Origin: a virus
Taxonomy: Duplodnaviria > Caudoviricetes
Length of the DNA stretch: 59,839 bases
Reading direction: 5' to 3' (one strand)
Virus record (IMG/VR): IMGVR_UViG_3300022188_000012
Coordinates: 1 to 59,839 of that record
Shown here: in pieces, positions 46,209 to 55,226 of the stretch
Layout of the letters: the number at the start of each line of letters is the position of its first letter
How positions within the stretch are numbered: the stretch's first letter is position 1
The notes under the pieces: generated by a model
Database searches by the model: none
What the model saw: only the letters and a program-made list of their open reading frames with translations
Told to the model about the DNA's origin: nothing
Program-made: the position numbers and the translations under genes

Positions 46209-46661
46209 ATGAAAAGGCACATTATTACCGTACTAGTCACAATCGTCATGTTAGTAATATTTGCAGCCCTCTCCTTTGCAGGAGATGGAGTCGAGTGCAA
46301 GGTCATCTGGGACGACCAGCCTGTGACAGCGGGGAGTTATGTTGAGACGTTTCCAATCGGTTTATCGGCTTCTGCACGCAACGCATCAGTTGTACCGTTG
46401 TGGCGAGTAAGGTCGGGCGGCATCCTTTCTTTGCAGCCAAATGTTACTGAAGGGACATTTACGTTCACGGTTTACTTCTCAAACTTTCCTGACGCCAGCG
46501 TGTGGGATTCAGGCACAGACATAGCAACTGGGATCACATCTAGTGACACAGACAGAATCAGCATTGATCCTGATGGCGTTGCTTTGTGGATGAAGATTAG
46601 AGCGACTGAAACCAGTGGAACTGGAAGCCCTTCACTGAGTGCTGTGCTCTGTTCGGACTAA
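46209..46661 (+). CDS. Signal-peptide beta-sandwich protein
   Basis: MKRHIITVLVTIVMLVIFAALSFA signal-like N-terminus. Confidence 0.65.
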   Translation: MKRHIITVLVTIVMLVIFAALSFAGDGVECKVIWDDQPVTAGSYVETFPIGLSASARNASVVPLWRVRSGGILSLQPNVTEGTFTFTVYFSNFPDASVWDSGTDIATGITSSDTDRISIDPDGVALWMKIRATETSGTGSPSLSAVLCSD

Positions 46662-46673
46662 GGAGGTGTAGCC

Positions 46674-48335
46674 GTGAGGAAGAAGGTTTTCGCATCAATA
46701 GTTTTCTTGGTGACGATGTTGTTTGCGGTGGTGGGATGGGCGGCGGATTGGTTTGTCCGTCCTGCTGGAGGAAACTATGGCAACGAGGATGGAACGAGCT
46801 ATGAGAATGCTTGGGATGGGTTTGTAAACATAGACTGGACTAAGATTCAACCTGGAGACACGTTGTGGTTGGATGGAAGTGCTACATACCGAGAAGAACT
46901 ATCAATAGGCGCAAGTGGAACTGTGGATAATTACATAACCGTACGGGGCGATTATAATGGGCAAGCAGAAATAAAAGGCTCTGATGTTATAACAAACTGG
47001 TCAGGACCAGACGGTAACGGTGAGTATACTGCCACACTAGCAAGCCACCCCTGGGTTGTAATAGTTGACGGTGTTGTATGGAAAGAGGGATCTTTTGGTA
47101 GCTTAGCATCAAACGAATGGGACTGGGATTCTGGTACTTTATATCTAGGCAGTAATCCCTCTAACCACACAGTAGAAGCTGGTGTTAGGTCACTTGGTGT
47201 CGAAGTCGGAGCATACGACTATATAATAATAAGAAATATTAGTGTTTCTGGGTGTTCTAAAGCTCCGACTTCTAACGATGGTGGAGCTATTCATTTGAGT
47301 AGCGGAGCTATGGGAGTAATTATAACTAACTGTTCCTTGTCTTTTAGTAGGTTTGGAGTAATGGATAATGGGGCAGGGTGCATTATAAGAAACTGTAACA
47401 TTTTCTATTGTAGCGATGGTATTCAACATACATCCTCTAACATTGATATTAGAGACTCTAAAAACGTAATAACAAACATTAACTGGGATGGTACTGCACC
47501 TATATGGGCAGGAGTTGATGGTGAAGCTATCGGAATCACCAACTGCACATCTTCTAGCATCATAGTAGAAGAAAACATAATCTCATTTTGTTATAATGGC
47601 ATAAAGGCGTATACCAACACATCTAGTGGTAGCATTGTTTTCAGATACAACACTCTCTTTTCTTGTTATGCCTCTGGTCTAAGTATTAACGGGACGACTG
47701 GAGGATCATATACCTCTGCAAAGGCGTACTATAATCTTATTTATTCTTTATTGTCATCATCAAGAGCAATACAGTTTTCCTCTGGTGATCCTCCTGCATT
47801 ATCTGGGGATGTTGAAGTCATTAACAATACTGTAGTGAATTGTCCTTGGGCATACCATCTTGGTTGGGGAGACGTAATATTTAAGAATAATATTGCCCAT
47901 AATGTGTCTGACGGAGGGTATTATGTATACGCTAAACCAGCTAACTCAATCTCTGCAAGCAACAATATTTATTACGACAATGATAGCGGCACAGAGTATT
48001 GGAGAGCACCAGGAGAGTCTGGAACGACTGACTATTCTGTATGGCAGTCGCAAACTTTAGAATCAGACAGTGGCGTTTTTAACCCTCTCCTCACTTCTAA
48101 CTACCACCTCTCCCGCAACTCCCCCTGTATCGACGCAGGCACGAAGCTGTCTATCCACGACAGCGACTGGCAAGACCTGGTAGGGAACAGACAAAGATAC
48201 GGAACCAACCCTGATATTGGATGCTATGAGCGCAACACTGATTTCAGGGCTAAATGGGGCGGACAGCACAGATGGACAAGTGCGCCCTGGGGTATAGGAA
48301 AATGGAAAAAGAACAGATGGACACCTTATGAGTAG
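46674..48335 (+). CDS. Right-handed beta-helix (pectin lyase-like) protein with signal peptide
   Basis: IQPGDTLWL, Asn-ladder repeats, SPCIDAG...PDIGCYE. Confidence 0.75.
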   Translation: MRKKVFASIVFLVTMLFAVVGWAADWFVRPAGGNYGNEDGTSYENAWDGFVNIDWTKIQPGDTLWLDGSATYREELSIGASGTVDNYITVRGDYNGQAEIKGSDVITNWSGPDGNGEYTATLASHPWVVIVDGVVWKEGSFGSLASNEWDWDSGTLYLGSNPSNHTVEAGVRSLGVEVGAYDYIIIRNISVSGCSKAPTSNDGGAIHLSSGAMGVIITNCSLSFSRFGVMDNGAGCIIRNCNIFYCSDGIQHTSSNIDIRDSKNVITNINWDGTAPIWAGVDGEAIGITNCTSSSIIVEENIISFCYNGIKAYTNTSSGSIVFRYNTLFSCYASGLSINGTTGGSYTSAKAYYNLIYSLLSSSRAIQFSSGDPPALSGDVEVINNTVVNCPWAYHLGWGDVIFKNNIAHNVSDGGYYVYAKPANSISASNNIYYDNDSGTEYWRAPGESGTTDYSVWQSQTLESDSGVFNPLLTSNYHLSRNSPCIDAGTKLSIHDSDWQDLVGNRQRYGTNPDIGCYERNTDFRAKWGGQHRWTSAPWGIGKWKKNRWTPYE

Positions 48336-48345
48336 GAGGTAGGGA

Positions 48346-48618
48346 ATGGCTCTCAGAACCAAGCACATATCAAAACGAGATAACGGAACTTTCATCATAA
48401 CAGCAGAAGAGACTTCTCTCCAGGTTGGAACAGATGAAAAAGGAAATCCAATCTATCAGACATTTACAGTGATTCACAATCCCAAAGACGGAGATACTGT
48501 CTTACAAGAGAAATTTACCAAAGAGATTCAGCGGTACAAAGAAAAGCAAGAGACCATAAACACCGTGAAGTCGAAGGTAGATTCAGTGCTTGAGAAGATA
48601 GACTATAGCAAGATTTAG
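48346..48618 (+). CDS. Hypothetical protein
   Basis: AGGAGGT RBS. Confidence 0.7.
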   Translation: MALRTKHISKRDNGTFIITAEETSLQVGTDEKGNPIYQTFTVIHNPKDGDTVLQEKFTKEIQRYKEKQETINTVKSKVDSVLEKIDYSKI

Positions 48619-48629
48619 GAGGACAGAGG

Positions 48630-49067
48630 ATGGGCGAAGTAACCTGGACTAGTTATGGCACCTGGACAACGGCTTTAAGCTCAGGGCTGGATGGTTTGGC
48701 CGACGATGGGCTAGCTATAAGTTCAGCAATAGACAACAGCACCAACAGAAAGCTGTTTGTTGATATTGAGGTTTATTTGGCTTCGGTTGATTTATCCTCT
48801 TCTACGAATCCAGCTATTTACATTTGGCTCATTGCTCGGACAGACGGAACTAACTTTGAGGACGGTGGGTCAAGTGTTGAGCCTGCTAGGATGCCTGATA
48901 CAATCATACCCTTGAGAGAAGTGAACGGGGCACAGCGAGTATTTGCTCGGATGCTTATGGCAACGCCAGATCAATTTAAGATTCTTGTGCAGAATAAGAC
49001 AGGGGCGGCTTTGGCTTCCAGTGGTAATACAGTCAAATACAATTTGTACGGGGAGACAGTAGCATAA
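48630..49067 (+). CDS. Putative virion structural protein
   Basis: RBS; beta-rich, tail region. Confidence 0.6.
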   Translation: MGEVTWTSYGTWTTALSSGLDGLADDGLAISSAIDNSTNRKLFVDIEVYLASVDLSSSTNPAIYIWLIARTDGTNFEDGGSSVEPARMPDTIIPLREVNGAQRVFARMLMATPDQFKILVQNKTGAALASSGNTVKYNLYGETVA

Positions 49068-50746
49068 TGTTTCGCTTTGTCAGAAACCCAGACCCTCGAA
49101 AGAAACCACCCTATGGCAGCAGGATTGACCCTACGCATCCATTGGCGCAGGGGTTGGTGGGATGTTGGTTGTTTAATGAAGGCGGGGGGAGTAAAATAGC
49201 AAACATTATCTCCAACAAAACAGATCCTTTACTTGAAACCACAGAATGGGTAACCATACAAGATACAGGGCTACATGCAACAGCAGATGGTGATGGAGTT
49301 GATCTATCTAGCAGAATACTAGCTGGTGCCAGTGAATTTACTATCTGGACAAGACTTTTTAGGCCGCTCCTCTCAAGGGTTGGAGCAATTTACTCGGAGG
49401 TTTATCCTGATAATTACTGGCAGGTTGCCTTGTTCGACACTGACTACAGTGGTGGCATTGCGTTTTACACAAGAGACACATCTACTGGGGCTACAGGGAG
49501 CAGAGACAACGATATATCAGCAGACGTGTTTCCATACAGTGATTTCCACGGTAAAGAAGTGAGCTTATTTGGTGTATACTCAGTTTCTGGTAACTTTAAG
49601 CGTATTTACAGAAACAGTGGTGAATTAATGGCAGAATCTACTACGAGTATTGACCCCATAACATCTGTTATAGGGGATTGCTATTTTCTCAGAGACAATA
49701 ATCCTGACTCGCCGGATTATTACCTGTTGATAGGAGGTATTTGGCAAAAAAGCCTTGATGAGAATTTACTCAAACACCTCCACGCCGAACCTTACTCCTT
49801 TATCCTCGTTCCTCAATACTGGTACATGGTGGATCTTGGGGCGGTGGGAGGAGGTCAGACGGCGTCATTCACTTCCTCCCTCTCACTGAGCTCATCACAG
49901 ACATCCAAGGCTCACTATAAGGCATTACTCACGAGCTCAGTAGGTCTGGCAGGAGCGCAGACCTCTCTTGCACACCTTCTCGCTTCCCTCAACGACGCCA
50001 GTTCCTTACAAGGGCAACCGTCGGCCCTCAGACATAGGCTGGGCCAACTTACATCTGGGGCGGACCTCCAATCTCAGACCTCAGCTCTCGCTCGCTTGCA
50101 AGCTGCTCTCTCATCCTCCCTTGACCTGTCAACTCCTGTTGATATGACGGCACATCTCAAGGGGCCACTGACCACCACCCTCTCCCTAGCGGGAACCTTC
50201 GAGACTGTTGGTGCAGCCACAGCTCTCTTCACGTCAGTTCTCACTCTAGGCGAGTCCCTCGAGACCAAAGCGTCACTCCTCACATCCATTAGTGACACCC
50301 TCTCGCTAGGGGCTACGCCTGCAGCCCTGGCAAGCCTAAAGGCTTCCCTCACGACCACGTTCAATCTCTCATCGGAGGTCGCCTCAGGGATCATCGCGTC
50401 ACTCCAGGCCACCTTGAGCCTGGGCGCATCGACAACTGCACTCGCTCACTTCCTAGCGGACCTATCGTCTGCCCTCACGATGGAGGGCCAATCCGAGGTC
50501 ACGATCCACTACAAGATCAACTTGACCTCGTCACTATCGCTGAGCGACCAATTGGTTGCGACAGCAGCTTACATAATGACCCTGGTTGACAGTCTTGGAC
50601 TAGGGAGTCAAGTCCAGGATGTTACGATTTCGGCGACAGGACTCATAACGATCAAACTAAGAGGCAAGTCTCCTGGAATCACCATAACCGCTGGCAAGCC
50701 TGGGATTGAGGTCAGCGGAAGGGTTCCAGAGACAACTTTTGAATAG
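49067..50746 (+). CDS. LamG/ConA-like domain plus 20-aa-repeat fibre protein
   Basis: GLVGCWLFNEGGG; ~13 repeats of 20 aa from 49862. Confidence 0.65.
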   Translation: MFRFVRNPDPRKKPPYGSRIDPTHPLAQGLVGCWLFNEGGGSKIANIISNKTDPLLETTEWVTIQDTGLHATADGDGVDLSSRILAGASEFTIWTRLFRPLLSRVGAIYSEVYPDNYWQVALFDTDYSGGIAFYTRDTSTGATGSRDNDISADVFPYSDFHGKEVSLFGVYSVSGNFKRIYRNSGELMAESTTSIDPITSVIGDCYFLRDNNPDSPDYYLLIGGIWQKSLDENLLKHLHAEPYSFILVPQYWYMVDLGAVGGGQTASFTSSLSLSSSQTSKAHYKALLTSSVGLAGAQTSLAHLLASLNDASSLQGQPSALRHRLGQLTSGADLQSQTSALARLQAALSSSLDLSTPVDMTAHLKGPLTTTLSLAGTFETVGAATALFTSVLTLGESLETKASLLTSISDTLSLGATPAALASLKASLTTTFNLSSEVASGIIASLQATLSLGASTTALAHFLADLSSALTMEGQSEVTIHYKINLTSSLSLSDQLVATAAYIMTLVDSLGLGSQVQDVTISATGLITIKLRGKSPGITITAGKPGIEVSGRVPETTFE

Positions 50747-50756
50747 GAGGTAAGAC

Positions 50757-51302
50757 ATGAAGACCTACGATCTTTTTGAAATGAGACAGTTCCTAGTAAG
50801 TGCGTTTCTGCATGGCCGCTGGCACTTCGTACACAGGGACATCTATGGGAACATCATTGACGAGGAATGGGTGGACAACATCATTCCGAACGAAGGCATT
50901 GACTACATCTTGAACGCAGCAATCCACGGGGATACGCAGATCAGTGCTTGGTACTTTGCGCCGTTCACCAATGACTACACACCGACTGCATCAGACACCT
51001 ACGCCTCACCTGGGTACACGGAGGCGACCTCAGAGTACAGCGAGTCAACTCGGCAGGAATGGGTTGAGGGCGCCGCTTCAGGACAGCAGATCACAAACTC
51101 AACCGCAGCCACCATAACGGCAGCAACCGATGTCACCATTTATGGAGCGGGCCTAGTCGGAGGGGGCACTGCCCCAGACACAAAGGGAGACACTGCAGGC
51201 GGAGGAACCCTCCTTGCTTCCGCAGCACTAAGTTCAGCAAAATCCCTCTCAAACGGTGAAACCTTGGACATGACCTACACCATAACAGGGAGTAGCTCGT
51301 AA
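50757..51302 (+). CDS. Putative virion structural protein
   Basis: NIIPNEGIDYIL...YTI pattern common in phage tail regions. Confidence 0.6.
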   Translation: MKTYDLFEMRQFLVSAFLHGRWHFVHRDIYGNIIDEEWVDNIIPNEGIDYILNAAIHGDTQISAWYFAPFTNDYTPTASDTYASPGYTEATSEYSESTRQEWVEGAASGQQITNSTAATITAATDVTIYGAGLVGGGTAPDTKGDTAGGGTLLASAALSSAKSLSNGETLDMTYTITGSSS

Positions 51303-51313
51303 GGAGGCCCAGG

Positions 51314-51652
51314 ATGCCAACTACGCTGACGACACACGCAGTTGAGGAATCCACGTTTGTGGTGACGGCGTCGTTCACAGATGAAAACGGGGATGCTGTC
51401 ACTCCTACAACACTACAATGGACGTTGACGGACCTTGAGGGCAACATTATCAACAACCGATCCCAGGTCTCCATCACACCTTCATCTACCGTGGACATCG
51501 TTCTATCAGGGGATGATCTCGCCTTGGAGGGGGATTCCCCTGAAATGAGGGTGCTCACGATTGAGGGAACTTACAGCTCGACCCTCGGAACTGGGTTGCC
51601 ATTGAAGGAGTCCGTTAAGTTCATTGTAGACAACTTAGTAGCAGTTTCTTAG
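51314..51652 (+). CDS. Ig/BppU-like structural protein
   Basis: SFTDENGDAVTP; beta-rich. Confidence 0.55.
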   Translation: MPTTLTTHAVEESTFVVTASFTDENGDAVTPTTLQWTLTDLEGNIINNRSQVSITPSSTVDIVLSGDDLALEGDSPEMRVLTIEGTYSSTLGTGLPLKESVKFIVDNLVAVS

Positions 51653-51661
51653 GAGGAGACC

Positions 51662-52027
51662 ATGAACGGTTGTCCAGCACCAGAATGTCATGAACAACTT
51701 CAAGGGCTCAAGAAAGCCATTTACGGGGAAGATGGAAAGAGCGGGATTGTAGGATGCCTGAAAGACAAGGTTCCAAAGAAGTGGATATGGGCGCTCTTAG
51801 CAGTTTCGATTGTTCCCGCAGGAAGTTTTACAGCCTCGGTCTACTACAAGACCAGGGCGTCAGACTTAATGTATGCGGCAAAACCTGTGGTGGCAGAGCT
51901 AACCAGCAGAATCAATCTTCTTGAATATAAAGATCAGGAGCTTAGAGCGATTTTGCACAGGATTGAAGAGAACCAACTTGAAATGCAAAAGGACATCAAG
52001 AAGCTTTTGCAGGAGAGAGCGCAATGA
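51662..52027 (+). CDS. Single-TM coiled-coil protein (lysis-associated?)
   Basis: One hydrophobic helix followed by coiled coil; precedes endolysin. Confidence 0.6.
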   Translation: MNGCPAPECHEQLQGLKKAIYGEDGKSGIVGCLKDKVPKKWIWALLAVSIVPAGSFTASVYYKTRASDLMYAAKPVVAELTSRINLLEYKDQELRAILHRIEENQLEMQKDIKKLLQERAQ

Positions 52028-52272
52028 TAGATCCACTTCAACACATGGAAGGCTCAGAGAGGGCCAAGGACCTGGAATACCTGAAGGACGTTTTACGGAA
52101 TAATTGCCAAATAATCATGGGAGCTATTAAGCGCATTGTAGAAAGCACTGTAGCCATGTCTGATGCGCTCAATGCTTTCGAGAGCAAATGGGAGGAAAGA
52201 GATGTTAGTGAAAACAGGGGTGAGCCTGAAGTGCCTCCGAAGGGAGATCAGGAGGGCACTGAACGCGATTGA
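52024..52272 (+). CDS. Hypothetical protein
   Basis: ATGA-coupled. Confidence 0.55.
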   Translation: MIDPLQHMEGSERAKDLEYLKDVLRNNCQIIMGAIKRIVESTVAMSDALNAFESKWEERDVSENRGEPEVPPKGDQEGTERD

Positions 52273-52516
52273 GCACGTTTATCGAGACGTTGCAGGCCAC
52301 GAAGCTGTTATAACGTCAACGACTGAAGGGACGCACTCGCCAGGATCTCTGCATTATGCAGGACAAGCGGTGGATGTGGCCCTGCCTGGGACACACGGAA
52401 TGACATCGACAGCGAGCCCGCAAGACATCGCAAAGGCCCTCAGAAGCTTGCTGGGGCCAAACTACGACGTTGTCGTTGAGAGAGATCACATCCACGTGGA
52501 GTATGACCCGAAGTGA
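52202..52516 (+). CDS. Endolysin, M15-like Zn peptidase
   Basis: HSPGSLHYAGQAVDV and HIHVEYDPK. Confidence 0.8.
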   Translation: MLVKTGVSLKCLRREIRRALNAIEHVYRDVAGHEAVITSTTEGTHSPGSLHYAGQAVDVALPGTHGMTSTASPQDIAKALRSLLGPNYDVVVERDHIHVEYDPK

Positions 52517-52719
52517 GTTGGACTGTCTACATTCCTTTTAATAGTGAGGATTGCCCTCATCATTTTCTAGGGTGGATGAGGAAGGATGGTGGGTGGATCA
52601 TAAGAGGGCGAAAGTGCAAGCTCACAGGAGAACCTTGTTTGGAGGAGAAGTGTAGATGGAAGAAACAAGAAAACGTTGGCAAATGGCAGGATGGATTGTC
52701 CCCTCGGCAGAAAAGTTAA
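52513..52719 (+). CDS. Small Cys-rich hypothetical protein
   Basis: GTGA-coupled, CPH...CKL...C...C. Confidence 0.5.
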   Translation: MSWTVYIPFNSEDCPHHFLGWMRKDGGWIIRGRKCKLTGEPCLEEKCRWKKQENVGKWQDGLSPRQKS

Positions 52720-52755
52720 AGTTCTACTTTAAGGATTCAACCAAGGAGGAAGATC

Positions 52756-53211
52756 ATGGGACTACTAGACAAGTTAATAGGAGGATTCAGTTTTGCCGAT
52801 GTCAAAGGAGTCCTAGAGGGCGTAGGTACCCTCGCAAAGGACATACGCTCGGCGGTGACGGGAGACATTGATCCAGACAAGAAGGCTGAGCTTCTCGCTA
52901 AAGCGCAGGAGCTAGAGGCCCTCGCCCGTCAAGGGCAACAGAAGATCAACGAGGTCGAGGCCAAGCACCGCTCGACGTTCGTCGCGGGATGGAGGCCGTT
53001 CATTGGGTGGATTTGCGGAGTTGGGTTAGGGTCTTACTTCATTCCGCAGTACATAATGGCTGCGGTCCTGTGGGTTAAGATTTGCTGGACTACTCAGCAG
53101 CTCATGCCTTATCCTATTCCTGAGCCAAAAGGACTCATAACCCTCTTGACGGGTATGCTCGGCCTAGGAGTTCTGAGGACAATCGAGAAGGGAATGGGCA
53201 AAACCGTATAA
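52756..53211 (+). CDS. Holin (3TM, GTA-type family)
   Basis: STFVAGWRPFIGWICG; LLTGMLGLGVLRTIEK. Confidence 0.85.
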   Translation: MGLLDKLIGGFSFADVKGVLEGVGTLAKDIRSAVTGDIDPDKKAELLAKAQELEALARQGQQKINEVEAKHRSTFVAGWRPFIGWICGVGLGSYFIPQYIMAAVLWVKICWTTQQLMPYPIPEPKGLITLLTGMLGLGVLRTIEKGMGKTV

Positions 53212-53228
53212 GTTTCATGATGAAACTT
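53210..53228. promoter_or_regulatory. Phage palindrome AAGTTTCATGATGAAACTT
   Basis: Overlaps holin stop codon. Confidence 0.7.
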
Positions 53229-53306
53229 ACGCGACCACCTAAGTCTAGTGAGAGCCCGCCCTCTACACCATTCTCATCGTCAACACGTAAAAAACGGAGG
53301 GCGGGC

Positions 53307-53537
53307 ATGTTCTCGAACCCACCTTGCAAAATCCTCAGAACCCCATTCCTCTACAGACCGCTCCAATGCGTCATATGCTCGCTGACGACATATCACAGAT
53401 ATAAGAGGTGCTTAGACTATGCAGCGCGAGAAAACTGGCCTGGATGGATCGTCGTTTCTGCCAAGCAGAACTACAAGAGTCAAAACAGGCTACGGAAACC
53501 TTTACGTTACAATAACCGAAGAGGGCGGCCAGCCTAA
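53307..53537 (+). CDS. Cys-containing hypothetical protein
   Basis: GGAGG RBS before ATG 53307; CVIC...CLDYAA...W; overlaps next gene by 119 nt. Confidence 0.45.
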   Translation: MFSNPPCKILRTPFLYRPLQCVICSLTTYHRYKRCLDYAARENWPGWIVVSAKQNYKSQNRLRKPLRYNNRRGRPA

Positions 53538-53796
53538 AGACGTTTTCGTCACCATAGGCAAATCAGGGCAGTCCATTATGGCAAAGGCCGAGCTCACAGG
53601 AAGGCTTACATCTCTTGCACTCCACCACGGAGTTCCGCTCGAAGAGATCGTGCATCAGCTTAAAGGGATTGGTGGCCAATATCCGATCTCAACCCCTGAC
53701 GGGCTCATCCTCTCGATTCCGGATGCAGTCGGGCGCACCCTAGAAAAGTTCTACCTAAAGGAGACCTCATCAAATGAACTGGGAAGAAAGAGCTAA
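53419..53796 (+). CDS. Stand-alone TSCPD domain (class II ribonucleotide reductase C-terminal/NrdJb-like)
   Basis: KTGYGNLYVTI, VFVTIGKSG, QLKGI, SIPDAVG. Confidence 0.8.
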   Translation: MQREKTGLDGSSFLPSRTTRVKTGYGNLYVTITEEGGQPKDVFVTIGKSGQSIMAKAELTGRLTSLALHHGVPLEEIVHQLKGIGGQYPISTPDGLILSIPDAVGRTLEKFYLKETSSNELGRKS

Positions 53797-54004
53797 GCAA
53801 CTTGTAGAAGATCATTGGGCATACCACGATATCTTGATCCCGATCTTCCTCCAGGAAGACCCAAAAAAGTTCTACCAAGCCAAGAAATTATGGGGAGAAT
53901 GGTACAAAGCGATCGGAATCCATTTTTACAAGCACGCAATTGAGGACATTAAGGAAGGCATCATCTCAGTTCCTGGTGGAACCGACCCAAGAAAAAGGAG
54001 GTGA
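53774..54004 (+). CDS. Hypothetical protein
   Basis: AAGGAG RBS. Confidence 0.65.
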   Translation: MNWEERAKQLVEDHWAYHDILIPIFLQEDPKKFYQAKKLWGEWYKAIGIHFYKHAIEDIKEGIISVPGGTDPRKRR

Positions 54005-54010
54005 TCGCAG

Positions 54011-54181
54011 TTGACCGCAGAAGAGATCGCAACCCAAGTCCTTCACCTAGCGAAGGAGAAACAGAATGACCCTGCCACAGCGTCGAGCGACCTCATCGCT
54101 TCGATCCATGCGACGTGGATGGAGGTGGGGCTCATTCTAGGAAGGGAGATAGTACGTCTTAGAAAGGAGGGACAACTATGA
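54011..54181 (+). CDS. 56-aa hypothetical protein (TTG start), not in the ORF track
   Basis: AAGGAGGTGA RBS; open to TGA 54181. Confidence 0.55.
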   Translation: MTAEEIATQVLHLAKEKQNDPATASSDLIASIHATWMEVGLILGREIVRLRKEGQL

Positions 54182-54339
54182 CCACTAAAGTCGTTATTAC
54201 TAAAAATCCCCATAAGATCAAGGTTAACGATGTAGAGATTCCAGGGATCACCGACTACGAGGTTGACTGTATTCCTACGAGAGGACCAATTGTGGAGATA
54301 AAGATCAAGGCAGATATCCTTGAGGTGAAGAGTAGATGA
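54178..54339 (+). CDS. 53-aa hypothetical protein (MTTKVVITKNPHKIKVND...), not in the ORF track
   Basis: AAAGGAGG RBS, ATGA overlap. Confidence 0.6.
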   Translation: MTTKVVITKNPHKIKVNDVEIPGITDYEVDCIPTRGPIVEIKIKADILEVKSR

Positions 54340-54442
54340 AGGCTCAAGCTGCAAACGCAGTTGTTCTAGCTGGAACCGTCCTCATCACTCGATCAAAGAT
54401 CGGACTGGACGAGATTACCTTGACTCCACAGGAGATCACCCT

Positions 54443-54700
54443 ATGGGAGAGTGGAAAACGGTTGAGACCCCCACAGGCAAGGTCACCTTTGGGCCAGCAG
54501 CCCAAAGGCCGCTCAGGGGCGTCTGCTGGCACAAGCGACATCGCCGATGGCTGGTGAGGTACAAAGGGAAGTATGTAGGTTGGGCGAAAACCTTGGAACA
54601 AGCTAACGAAATGAGGAGGGCGTATGAGCTTGAAAGAGAAGGAAGAAAGGTTCAAAGTAAGGTTAAGGTTGATCGAACCTTTGTTGGGGACCGTTCCTAA
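54443..54700 (+). CDS. AP2-like DNA-binding domain protein
   Basis: RGVCWHKRHRRW...YVGWAKTLEQANEMR; AGGAG RBS. Confidence 0.6.
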   Translation: MGEWKTVETPTGKVTFGPAAQRPLRGVCWHKRHRRWLVRYKGKYVGWAKTLEQANEMRRAYELEREGRKVQSKVKVDRTFVGDRS

Positions 54701-55226
54701 AGACCCAGATGTCTACTCCAGATACATCGCTTCCAAGGCTCCCCAAGAGGAGTTCATGGACGAAGAGGTAGACACAGTGGAGCTCGAAGAGCAAGGGTGG
54801 ACAGGGTTCCACAAGGATGACAAGGGCATTTTCATCTACAACTACATGATCAAGGGCTTCCTAAAGAGCGCGTGTGAGGTATGTATGGGTGCGGGAATCA
54901 TAGACAAGATTCCAGCGTATAAAAAGTGGATTGACCTTACCGTCTTTATTGATCCACGCCGGATCAGGATGGGAAAGGCCGAACCCGATGGATGGCTTGA
55001 GCGGCCTCTGAGGACGATGACTCCCAAAGGGCCGAGGGTCACCGTTTGCAGGAGTGACTACGTTGATGAAGGGACGGAGATGGAGTTCACAGTTAGGATC
55101 ATCAAGAACAAGGTAGGATTGAATAAGGGCATTATAGCCCAGCTCCTGGAGTACGGCCAGTACGTGGGGTTAGGCCAGTGGAGAGGATCGGGAGGATATG
55201 GAAGGTTCGAGGCAGAGGTGCTCTAG
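54624..55226 (+). CDS. Stand-alone RAMP / Cas7-like RNA-binding protein
   Basis: N-terminal strand VRLRLIEPLLG, IKGFLK helix, C-terminal Gly-rich loop GLGQWRGSGGYGRF. Confidence 0.75.
   Translation: MSLKEKEERFKVRLRLIEPLLGTVPKDPDVYSRYIASKAPQEEFMDEEVDTVELEEQGWTGFHKDDKGIFIYNYMIKGFLKSACEVCMGAGIIDKIPAYKKWIDLTVFIDPRRIRMGKAEPDGWLERPLRTMTPKGPRVTVCRSDYVDEGTEMEFTVRIIKNKVGLNKGIIAQLLEYGQYVGLGQWRGSGGYGRFEAEVL

Noticed and set aside
54336-54557. ORF MKAQAANAVV... as a further array paralog
   Set aside because: Its start is coupled and superficially similar, but the 3' half overlaps the better-supported AP2-like ORF; unresolved, so not called
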